This document shows, piece after piece, positions 16,856 to 28,483 of a stretch of 64,000 nucleotides of DNA; the first letter of the stretch is position 1; each line of letters starts with the position of its first letter. Source of the stretch: the human T2T-CHM13v2.0 reference genome, Homo sapiens. Location: the NCBI RefSeq assembly GCF_009914755.1, contig NC_060929.1. One strand, written 5' to 3'. The translations under genes were made by a program, and so were the position numbers. The notes beneath the pieces are model-generated. The model saw only the letters and a program-made list of their open reading frames with translations, ran no database searches and had not been told where the DNA came from.

Positions 16856-17519
16856 ATGCCCCTGAGTTACCACAATAGGCACCACGAAGTCCATGCAATT
16901 AGAGACTAACTCAGGACCTATTCAGTCTCAGACGCAATTCTAGCAATATGTGCGGTGTCTGGTGTCCTAATTTTATAGCAGGCTAGAATCTGCAAGTCAG
17001 GAAGATGCATACTGCTGGACATAATCTTTGTAGAAGGAGGAAAGGAGAAGAAAAGTATAAATTGTAAAAGTAGACCACAAACTAAAGTGTCTTTACCTGT
17101 TTTTCCAACATTAAATGATCCACACTGACGTATATTGAAGACACCACTGAAAGATGCATACTACAATAAAAAAATTAAAATGATGACCCTACATCATTAA
17201 GATAGTGAGAGACTCATGGCATAGTTAAGGATGGTTTAGACCTAGCAAAAAGGTTTATATCCCATATTCCTGTCATTAATCCTATTTATCTACAGCAATA
17301 CAATGTGCCTGCCTTCTTCACCTGATACCTTGCAAAGGTCACAACGATAAGCACATGAAAACTTTCACTATCCTGGCATAAAGTTAGGCATATAGACTGA
17401 AAAGAGAGAAAATTATTACAGGCTAAGCAGTATGCCTCATGTGCCCTGCATCTCCACTGGAATGATGTTTCCAAATATTAAGTAACAGCTTTTCTCATTC
17501 CTAGTAATTTTGTCACCCT

Positions 17520-18325
17520 GTGACCCTCAACCCAGGAAGCAGGCAGGGAGATCCATGTCTGGGCTCCGGAAATGGATAGTCAGCAGGTGGATGAGCTAAT
17601 AGATTTAGCTTAAGCAATCACTCAGAGCCAGGGGAAGAGAGAGGACTGGAAACGAAGCTAAAGGACATGGCTGTGACCTTAAGCACACATCTTGGGCTCT
17701 GCCCCCAGGACTGGATCTAGTGTAGAAGAAATAATGGACGGAGGGATACAAGAGTGGAAAGAACCATGCCTCATCCCCTGGAGGAGCCGGGGGGCAGATG
17801 AGAGGATAGCAAGACTCCCTGCGGTTCTTGTGCCCAGTATAGTGTGGCAGCAGCAGATGACAATGGTTGCACAAGGTGATGGAAGGCAGGCTCAGAGGCT
17901 TCTCACACCACAGTGTGGAAGGGGTTGCAGCTGAACTGATGAATGTTTTTGATTTGGTGTTGAGAAGAGCACAAATGTGGCACAGAGATGGTCCAAAGAG
18001 TCTCCGCAGGCAAGGAGGTCGCAGCATGATCTAGATGGATGATATAAAAAGGCCAGCCAGGAACAGGAATGTTTCTGCAGAGGCTTGTGCAAGGATGACT
18101 ATGGACCACACACTTCCTTCAGCTCCAACGCACTGGCTCCCTGGAGGGGAGCCAGGATGAGATCATGAATTAACTGAGATGATCTGAATTGACTGGAACC
18201 AGGTTTCCTCCACCCAGCAGAATAGGGACCCCAGAGGTACTGCGTTCAGTGACAGGGTAAAAAAGAAGTAAGTTATATTCTTTGCAGATCTAAGTTTGTG
18301 CACTGAAATTTGTGATTACTATGCA
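17520..18325 (+). mobile_element. Ancient LTR, possibly MamGypLTR-like
   Basis: Purine-rich block ending …gttatattctttgcagatctaagtttgtgcactgaaatt, which resembles the remembered MamGypLTR 3' end; bounds approximate. Confidence 0.4.
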
Positions 18326-19689
18326 TATGTGTGAGCACTATGGCTGGATGTCCTAGACTTGATGGATATAATAATTGTGTTAGGCTATTTTGTAGGCGAA
18401 ATAGAAGTTAAATCCATTTTTATTGTTTTGGTTATTTTGAAGCAGTAATATGGACTCATTCCAAGACTTTACATTTTTATGTAATAGCAACTATAATGAT
18501 AGGAAAAGTACTGAAATCAGAAGAAAGTTTGTTTCTATAACATGCCTCTCAGGCTTTTCAAATCTAACATCCCCACCCTTTTCATAACAAATATTTTGTG
18601 ATGCTCCTTTGTCCTGAAATGGAATTTATATACAATACTGTAACTATATGTCTAATTAAAAAAAATAACTCTCAGTGTAATACAGAGTAGAAAAAGGCAA
18701 TTAATAATAAAATAGCATGTATTTCATAGGAAAATGCGCAGGTTCAACCCTAAAAGACATAGCAAAGTGGTTAGATGAGTGCATACAGTTATAGACGAAA
18801 TAAATTTGGACTTAAGGCCATTCTATAGTAGAAATACAAAAAAAAAGAGAGAGCAGGGATAAATGCTAAAATAAAGATTAGAATATTAATTATATATTAA
18901 AACCACGCAAAAAATACTTTGTGTTTATGTGTAAAACATAGAGACTAGACTTAGGTTCTAGTCTCAGAAAATTGTAAACAAGCTTTTAATCTTCATGACT
19001 AACCAGCAGGATATTTTGTAAGTTGTACAGGACTTGGGACAATTCCTCACTGTGTGGGGTTATTACGGGCATTGCATCCTGAGCCCCCTACTCACTAACT
19101 ATCAGTAACACTCAAGTGAATTTCTAAAATACTCTCAGTAAAAACCACTGCCCTATACAATGGCAGGATTGGGACATATGGCCAGAGATAGGTAGTGACC
19201 TCTCTTTCAAGAGGCTTCACAGGTTAGCACTCATTACCTTGTGAATTTAACACAGTTTGGGGTCTGGCCTAAACCTCTGTAAGCTTATAAATAATTCTAA
19301 CAGCATATGGAAAGAGGTTCCACTTTTTAGAAGCAGAATCACTGTAAATGATATATATATAATCACAAAGTCAATTAATTGATTTACAAAGTAAATTTAT
19401 CACAGTGACTGGCATGTTTATGGCCCATGGGAGTGGCATAAATGTATGGGAAATCAAGTTATAATCAGATCTCCTGGTAAGTAAGGACTCAGATATAATA
19501 TTTGTATTTTTGTAATATGCGGACTCTCATAATAATTATTTTTCAGATCTAAAATACATTCTATAAATATAAAATATTTATATTTACTATATTCAAAAAT
19601 GCACTAAAAGCTGCTTTAATGAGAAAATTCACCAATTTTTAAATATTTTTTTCTAGCAACTAAGACTTCAAAAATGATTAATCTAAGTT

Positions 19690-20335
19690 CATTCAGGAAA
19701 AAATAGATAACATACATGCCCTATACCCATTAAAGACATTGAAATTAGTAATTAAAAACCTCCCCACAGGCCGGGTGCGGTGGCTGACGCCTGTAATCCC
19801 AGCACTTTGGGAGGCTGAGGTGGATGGATCACATGAGGCCAGGAGTTCGAGACCAGCCTGGCCAACATGGAGAAACCCCGGCTCTACTAAAAATACAAAA
19901 ATTAGCCAGGTGTGGTGGCAGGCACCTATAATCCAAGCTACTCAGGAGGCGGAGGCAGGAGAATCGCTTGAACCCGGGAGGCAAAGGTTGCAGTGCCGAG
20001 ACTGTGCCACTGCACTCCAGCCTGGGCGACAGAGTGAGGCTCTGTCTCAAAACAAAACAAAACAAAACCTTCTCACCAAGAAAATTTCAGGCCCAAATGC
20101 CTTCATTGGCAAATTCTACCAAACATTTAAGAAAGGAATAATACTAGTTCTATACAAACTCTTTCAAAAAATAGATAGGAATCCTGTACTTCCCAACTTA
20201 TTCTATGAGGCCAGCATTACTCTGACACCAAAATGAAACAAAGACATTACAGAAAAAGAAAACCACAATGAACACAGGTGTAAAAATCTTTAACAATATT
20301 TAGGAAATCAAATTTAGCTTTATATAAAAAAACAT
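19690..20335 (+). mobile_element. Old L1M ORF2 fragment split by an Alu
   Basis: Translation [32 protein letters not shown]…[15 protein letters not shown] is homologous to L1 ORF2 (compare with the ORF at 62506-63711). Confidence 0.85.
19769..20063 (+). mobile_element. AluS with (CAAAA)n tail
   Basis: ggccgggtgcggtggc start; degenerate TSD aaaacctccccaca/aaaaccttctcacc. Confidence 0.93.
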
Positions 20336-20585
20336 ACATTAGTTTTCTATTACCACACACTTAGCAGCTTAAACAATACACACTTATTATTGTACAGTTC
20401 TGCAGGCTGTACAATACATTCAGCTGCTGAGGCCTGTACAAGTCTGATGCAGGTCTCACTGGGCTAATGTCAAGGTGTTGAGAGGGCTGCATTCCCTTCT
20501 GGAAGTTCCATTTCCTTGCCTTTCTAGCAAATCCATTTCCTTGCCTTTCTAGCTTCTAGAGGCTGTTTTCACTCCTTGGCTCATG

Positions 20586-22494
20586 TCTTTTGAGCTTCAT
20601 ACTAGAGTTATGAGTGGATTGCATACCAGCAATACAGTAAGAGAGTATTCTGAGTTTGTCCAGGTACTTAATTTTACCTGTAGGTTTTATACTTTGAAAA
20701 GTTTTCTTTTGCACATTAGCGTTTTTTCTTTCAGACTGAAGAACTGCCTTTAGTATTTCTTGCAAGATGGATCTAGTGGTGGTGAATTCTCTCAGCTTTT
20801 GTTTGTCTGGGAAAGATTTTATCTCTCCTTTATATTTGAATGATAATTTTGCTGGATACAATATTCTTGGATGGCAGGCTTTTTTTGTCTCTCTTTGAGC
20901 AATCTGAAAATGCCATTCCACTCCCTCCTGGCCTGTTTAGTTTCCTTAGAGTAATCTGTTGCCACATGAATTAGAGCTACTTTACGTGTTATTTGCTTCT
21001 TTTCTCTGCTGCTTTTAGGATCCTCTCTTTGTCCTTGACCTTTGAGAGTTTCATTTTTCTATGCCTTGGAGTAGTCTTATTTGGGTCAAATCTGTTTGGT
21101 GTTCTCTGACCTTTCTGTAGCTGGATATTTCTCTTTCTCAAGTTTTGGAAAGTTTTCAGTTCTTATCCTTTTGAATCAACTTTCTACCCCTTGCTCTCGC
21201 TTCACTCTCTCTTGAACACCAACAGCAGTAATTCTTAGATTTGGTCTTTTGAGGTAATTTTTTACATATTGTAGGTGGTCTTTGTTACATTTTATTCTTA
21301 TTTCTTTTTTCTTCTCTGATTGTGTATTTTCACACAGCTGGTTTTTGAGCTCATAGATTCTTTCCTCTGCTTGGCTCACTCTGCTGCTCAGAGCCTCTTA
21401 AGAGTTCTTCAGTTTGGCAAATGTATTTCTCAGTTCTAAGATTTCTGTTTGATTTTTTAAAATTATTTCAATCTCTTTGTTAGATTTCTCTGATAAATTT
21501 CTGCTTTTCTGTATTATCTTGGAGATACCTGAGTTTCCTTAAAACTGCTATTTTAAATTATTGGTCAGAAGCTAATAGTCGCCATCTCGTTAGGGTCAGT
21601 CATTGGATTTTTGCTTTGTCCTTTGGGGAGACTGTGGTTCCCTGTTTGCTGTTGTTACTTGCGGGTATATGTCTATGTCTTTGCATTGAAGGATTAATTA
21701 TTGATTCTAGTTTTCTCTGTCCAGCTTGTTTTGTCTTTCATTGAATATATTTGCTTAATCTTTGCAACTAGGTTGCTGCCTCCTTTTCGGCTCTAGGTGG
21801 CGCTATAAGCCCAGGTTCACTTTGGCTCTAGTAAACGGTTGCAGTGCTGCCTGTCCCAAATGGGGGAGTCACCAAAGGGATTATCCCAGGTATGTTCTAC
21901 AGGCTCCTAGGCAGGAACCCCTAGTCAGCAGTGTGGGAAGACTGGCTAGGGGTTCCTGCCCATGGGAACCTGTGGAATGTACCTCCTACAGTGTGGTGCT
22001 GCTGAATAGCCACTCTGATTTGGTGTCTCATTTGGCTGAGTTACAGAGCAGAGTTTCCAGGGTTGGGGATGGTAGTCTCACCTTCTGACCTTTGTTGCAG
22101 CCTGTCCTCAGAGATATTTCTCCCTACAGGCACTCACAATGCTTCCCATGAGTTAAGGCAGGGACAGGACTCCTGCTACGGAACCCAAGAAGGTGAGGAA
22201 GCTGGTTGACCACTCAATTTCACTTTTTCCAGTGTAAAAACAGAATTGAGGGAGATTTTCCACATGCTTGGTGCTGAAAGAATGTAGGGGAGGGGACTCG
22301 CAGACGTGGAAATCTGATTCTCCAATCATATGCTCAAGGTTTTTCCACTTCTCTGTGGCCCTGGGGGCTGTCTCATCCTCATACTTGAACTCTGGGTTGT
22401 TGCTGGTGAAAATCTCAATGCTATATATTTGTTTTTGGTCTTCTATTGAGGGATTGAAGCTGGCTTGCTTCTATACTACCATTTTGAAATCCTG
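20586..22494 (-). mobile_element. Old L1M 5'UTR plus ORF1, 3'-truncated
   Basis: ORF1 remnants (PRILYPAKLSFKYKGEIKSFPDKQKLREFTTTR; AEERIYELK…KRPNLRI). The 5' terminus is at ~22494 and the element ends just after ORF1. Confidence 0.85.
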
Positions 22495-22541
22495 CATTCC
22501 TTGATTCATGCCCTCTTCCTTCACCTTCAAAGTCAGCAATG

Positions 22542-22850
22542 GGCGGGCGCAGTAGCTCACGCCTGTAATCCCAGCACTTTGGGAGGCCTAAGGAGGCAGA
22601 TCACGAGGTCAGGAGATCGAGACCATCCTGGCTAACACAGTGAAGCCCCTCTCTACTAAAAATACAAAAAAATTAGCTGGGCATGGTAGCGGGCACCTGT
22701 AGTGCCAGCTACTTGGGAGGCTGAGGCAGGAGAATGGTGTGAACCCGGGACCTGGGAGGCAGAGCTTGCAGTGAGCCGAGATCGCGCCACTGCCCTCCAG
22801 CCTGGCGACAGAGCAAGACTCCGTCTCAGGAAAAAAAAAAAAAAAAAAAA
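22542..22850 (+). mobile_element. AluY
   Basis: gagatcgagaccatcctggctaacac and agaatggtgtgaacc diagnostics; TSD aaagtcagcaatg/aaagtcatcaatg. Confidence 0.92.
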
Positions 22851-23119
22851 AGTCATCAATGATGGTTGAATCCTTTTCATATCATATTACCCGACCTCCT
22901 CTTCTGCCTCCCTCTTCCACTTTTAAGGTCACCGATTGCACTGGTCCAACCAGATAATCCAGGACAATCTCCTCATCTTCAGGTCAGTTTATCAGAAACC
23001 TTAATTTGGTCTGCAATCTTAATTCCCCTTGTCATATAACATAACATATTCACAGGTTCCAGGCTTTAGGGCATGTTTGGAGGCAGGAGGGAGACGGGGG
23101 ATTACTCTGCCTACCACAA

Positions 23120-24735
23120 ACATGATGATAAAGTGATATTTATCCCAAGACTGCAATCAATTTTCAAATAGAAGAACAGAGTTAGAAGAATTATACTATC
23201 CAATTTCAAGAACTACTATAAAGCTACAGTAATCAAGATTTCATGGAACTGGAATGGAGTGCCTAGTAAAACAACCACATTTAAATGGTCATTTGCTTTT
23301 TAGCAAGGGTGCCAAACCAACCAATAGGGAAATAGTTTTTTCAAAAAAAAATAATGCTAGAGTATTCTGATATCTACGTTAAAAAAAAACAAACAAAACC
23401 TTGACAAACCCTACTTCATAACACACATAAAAATTAAAGATGAATCATATTACAACTCAATAATAAAAGATAACCAAATTAAAATATTGACACAGGATTT
23501 AAATAGACATTTCTCTAAAGAAGATACACAAAAATAGATGGTCAATAGATACACAAAAAGATGTCCCACATTAGTCATCCAAGAGGCACAAACTAAAACC
23601 ATAAGAAGATACCACTTTATACCCAATAGGATTACTATATAACAAAAAAGACAGACAATTGACAAGTGGTGGTAAGGACGTGGAGAAACTGGAACACTCA
23701 TAAATTGCTGGTGGGAGTGTAACATGATGCAGCTGCTTTGAAAAACAGTGTCTTAGTCTTGTTTTCTGTTGCTGTAACAGAATACCATAGGCTGGTTAAT
23801 TTATATAGAAAACAAGTTTATTTAGCTCATGGTTCTGGAGGCTGGGAAGTCTAAGAACATGGTGCTGGCACCAGGTGAGGGCCTTCATGTGGTGTCATAA
23901 CATGACAGAGGGCATCATATGATAAGAGGGCAAGAGCAAGAGAGACTGAGAGAACTCACTTTTATAACAAAGCCACTCTCAATGTAATGAACCCATTCCT
24001 GTGACAGTGACATTAATCTATTCATGATGGCAAAACCCTCATTAATCCATTCATGAGGACAGAAGGATTCGGTTTCCAACACATGAACTTTTGGGAGATA
24101 CCTTCAAACCATGGCAAAGGGTTTAGCAGTTCCTCATAAAGTTAAACATAGATTTACCACATGATCCACCAATTCCACACCTAGGTATATACCCAAGAGA
24201 AGTAAAAATATATGTCCACACAAAAATTGGTACCTGAATGGTCATAGCAGCATTATTCATAATAGCCCAAAAAAGTAGGAACAACCCAAATATCCATTAA
24301 CTGATTAATGGATTTTTTAAAATGTATATTTTCAGCAATGTATAGCAATAAAAGGGATATTATGCATCAGCAAAAAGAAATGAAATACTGATTTATGCTA
24401 CAAAATGGATGAACATCTAAAACATTATGCCAAATAAAAGAAGCCAGACACAAAAAGCCATATATTGTATGATTCCATTTTTATGAAATGTCTAGCTTAG
24501 TAAAATCCATAAGGACAAAACATAGATTATGTGATTGACAGAGGGAGGAAAGGGAGTTGGGAGTAACTGCTAAGGGGTAGAGAATTTCTTGTATGTTTAA
24601 TTTTTAAAATGTTCTAGAATTAGACAATGGTGATGATTGCACAACTTTGTGAATATACTAAAAACCAGTGAACTGTATACTTTAAAAGGATGAATTTCAT
24701 GGTATATGAATTATATCTCAATAAAAACAATACTG
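23120..24735 (+). mobile_element. Old L1MB/ME ORF2 end and 3'UTR, split by an LTR
   Basis: agacatttctctaaagaagatac…, ctaggtatatacccaagagaa, gaattatatctcaataaa 3' end. Confidence 0.8.
23749..24116 (-). mobile_element. MaLR solo LTR (MSTC/MSTD-like)
   Basis: tgtcttagtc…tttatttagctcatggttctggaggctgggaagtc…caaaccatggca. Confidence 0.8.
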
Positions 24736-26454
24736 TATGAGGAAAAAGAAGATAGATCAAAGACCTAAATGCAACAGCTAAAACCATAAAACTTTTATAG
24801 AAAAACAGAGAATAGGTCTTAGAATAGGTCAAAAGTTTCTTAAAACCAACAGTTTTGTTTAATATATTTATGTATAAAAATAGATAAGACCCATAATGGT
24901 GTACCAGGGAGCAAAATGATGATGTAACTTCAGAGGGGGAATAAGCAGTGGGAGAAAGTACAGCTCTGGTCAGCTGGGGAGATCTCATTGCAAGTAAGCA
25001 CCCATCCTGGATGTTTTGCCATTTGGATGAGAGGTGCGTTAAAGAAAAAATCCTACATTCAGGAAAAGTCTTCCTAGTGTCACAAGAATGTAAAAAATCT
25101 GCTTCATTTAAACAGTCCAAGCCTGCCCACTCCATGTATATTTCAGAACACAAGCAGGGATATATCTCAGCACAAAAGATGTGATTCCTCGAGACAGCAT
25201 TCTAAATACTTCCCTAATTATCAAAACCCAGAGCTTCCAAGACATGTCAGATTCTTTGTTCTTGTTTTCACCAGTCCATCAAATTTGCTTGGCTTCTTTT
25301 ATAAAACAGTAGACCTCCTCTGGAGTCAATGTGCTTCTCTTTCTCTTACAGGCCCCTACTTTTATACTGCATTTTTTCAGCGAGGCCTTTTGTGGTAAGC
25401 TGACCCTACAAAACATATGCCTGGCATATGAAACACAAAATTCTTTTTTGGAAAGCTTTCTGTATGTATCAGAGACCATTTCATTATTTATTCCATTTTT
25501 GGCTTCCTGAAAGTTTATGGAATCAAATGGAAAATGACTTCAAAATAGATAAGAGATTACATGAATCTTTTCTATACTTCACATAGTCATGAAGATATAT
25601 TAACCATATCAGATATGAAATCATGTGCTGGTGATTTCATTTTAATTTACATACAGTAAAATTCACTTATTTTGGTGTGCATCATTATGGATTTTGACAA
25701 ATAGAGTCATATAAATACCACCACAATCAGGATAGAACATTCTATCACTGTGATATAACTCCTTTGTACCACCTCTTTGTAGACAAATTGTACACCCAGC
25801 CTTAACCCCTGGCAACCACTGATGCTTCTCTGTCGTTAAGGTTTTGCTTTTTCCAGAATGTCATATAAAAAAATCATAGTGTGTGTAATCTTTTCAGTCT
25901 GGCTTCCTGCATTCAGCATAATGCATTTGTGATTCATCCATGCTAATGTGTGTATCAACAGTTCATTACACTACTGAGTAGTAGTCCACTGCACAGAAGT
26001 ACCACATCTGTTTATCTATTTGCTAGTTGAAGGACATTTGGGTTTTTCAGTTTTTAGTAATTATCAATAAAGATGCTATAAATATATGGGTATTGTTTTT
26101 TGTGTGAACATGCTTTCATTCAATTTCATTCAATCCCATGAATGAGATTGCTGCTTTCAAGGTATTTTTTTTTTTCATCTTTAGTTTTCAGCAGTTCCAT
26201 TATGATGCTGGTGTAGTTTTCTTTGAGTTTATCCTGTTTGGATTTCACTGAGCTTCTTGAACTTGTACATGTATCTTGCACCAAATTTGTGAAGTTTTCA
26301 CACATTATTCCTTTATATATTTTTTCTACACTAATATTTCTGCTCTCTTTCTGGACTCTAATGACATAAATGCTAGACCTTTTGATATTATTCCATAGGT
26401 CCCTGCAGCACTGTTTTTCTTCCTTTTTTCTGTGTTTCAGGCTGTATAATTTTC

Positions 26455-26778
26455 TTTCTTTTCCTTCTTTCTTTTTTTTTTTTTTTTTTGAGAGAGGGTC
26501 TCACTCTGTTGCCCAGGCTGGAATGCAGTGGCGCTATCTCAGCTCACTGCAACCTCTGCCCTCCTGGGTTCAAGCAGTTCTCCTGCCTCAGCCTCCTGAG
26601 TAGCTGGGACAACAGGCGTGTGCCACCACACCTGACTAATTTTTGTATTTTTTGGTAGAGATGGGGTTTCATCATGTTGGCCAGGCTGGTCTTGAACTCC
26701 TAGCCTTAAGCAATCTGCCCACCTCAGCCTCCCAAAGTGCTGGGATTACAGGCACGAGCCACCACGACCAGCCCAGAC
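26455..26778 (-). mobile_element. Alu (AluJb/Sz-like)
   Basis: Reverse Alu dimer; TSD ctgtataattt on both sides. Confidence 0.9.
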
Positions 26779-27849
26779 TGTATAATTTCTATTGATCTAT
26801 CTTGAAGTTCACCAACTCTTCTTTATCAGCTCCATTCTGCTATTGGACCCATAGAGTTAATTTTAAATTTCAGATATTGTGTTTTTCAGTTCTATAATTT
26901 TCATTTGTTTTGTTTGTTCATTTGTTTGGCTTTAGTTTCTATTTCACTGCTATTTTTCCATTCATTTCAAGAGTGTTCAACTTTGTCTCATGGAGAATGG
27001 TTACAATAGCTGCATTAAAGTTTTTGTCTGACAACACCAATATTTGGATGATCATCTCAAATGAGCTCATCACAGCTGAAATAATCTATTTTTAGTCTTT
27101 TCCCTTGAGTACTGCTCGTACTTTCCTGTTTTTTTTTTTTTTTTTTTTTGTATAATGAGTAATTTTGGACTGTCTATTAGACATTTTGAATACCATGTTC
27201 TGAGCCTCTAGGTCTAGTTAAAATCCTCTCCAGGGTGTTGATGTTTGTTTGGTTAAGCAGAGAATCAACCTAGTGAGACTCAGACCACAAGTTTTGTCTC
27301 ACCTTCTGTGGACAGTGGCTCTAATGTCAGTTTAGTTTTTAAAGCCTTTGCTATGAGGTTTGGGTTTGCCCAGCGCATGTGCCACTCAGGGGTTAATCTA
27401 GGACCTGGGCAGTGGTTCACATGGCAGTTGAGTTTTCGAAGCCTCTGCTTTGCTCCTTTGGGCCTGTGTGGCATATATGCACTTGGAGGTGAGCCTGGGG
27501 CTTAGCTCATACACAGAATCAGGGGATCCTCTTCTCCAGTTCTTCTCTCCCTTTAGATCCTTCAGATCCACCCCCAACCTCCGCTCCAGGGGCCCCTTTA
27601 TGTGGTTTCTCTGATCAGAAAAACAGGTTTCTGTTAGGTTGTAGTTCCCCATTCTGTCATGCACTTCTGCATAACTGAGGTTGCCTTTGGGAGCAAAGTA
27701 GCAAAAAAAAAAAAAAAAAGAGGAAAATAACAGAGATTATCTCACACTCCGGTCAGAAATGTGGGTCTTCTTTTGAGATTTTAGGTGCCTGGACCCCACC
27801 ACAACACCAATGCAGATCTTCAACTGGGGCCTGTCTTGGGGTAGAGTTA

Positions 27850-28185
<336 letters not shown>

Positions 28186-28421
28186 CTAGACCTCTGGTTA
28201 GAAGTAGGAGGTTTCTCTTGGAGATGTTGCTGCCAGTGCCTGCTGCATAGTTCCATAATTCCATTGGCTCTTAGGTCAAAGCCAAGAGATAGAGGAGAGA
28301 AAATAAACCTCCAAAACTCACCACACAAGGGATTCATGAAGCTTTGACTTTATTCCCCATTCTCCATTCACCTGATTTTGTTTTCTTCTCTGTCCCTATT
28401 CTTATCATCCCTGCTGTTATA

Positions 28422-28483
28422 TTAGGTTGGTGCAAAAGTAATTGCAGTTTTCGAAAACCTCAATTACTTTAGCACCAACCTAA
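28422..28483. mobile_element. MADE1 (Hsmar1-derived MITE), centrally deleted
   Basis: TIRs ttaggttggtgcaaaagtaattgc…caattactttagcaccaacctaa; TA on the left flank. Confidence 0.93.

Larger units (their letters stand above)
20336..23118 (-). mobile_element. MLT1C-like MaLR LTR in pieces (20336-20585, 22495-22541, 22851-23118), interrupted by L1 and AluY
   Basis: MLT1 motifs gtctcactgggcta…ccatttccttgcctttctagcttctagagg and cagataatccaggacaatctcc…tattcacaggttccagg…ctgcctaccaca continue across both insertions. Confidence 0.8.

Noticed and set aside
21789-21804. CTCF-like motif ggctctaggtggcgct (and cccacagatggcac near 10819)
   Set aside because: Two mismatches to the core consensus; expected by chance without ChIP data.
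24620-25153. 177-aa minus-strand ORF
   Set aside because: Largely antisense L1 3'UTR; no coding hallmarks.
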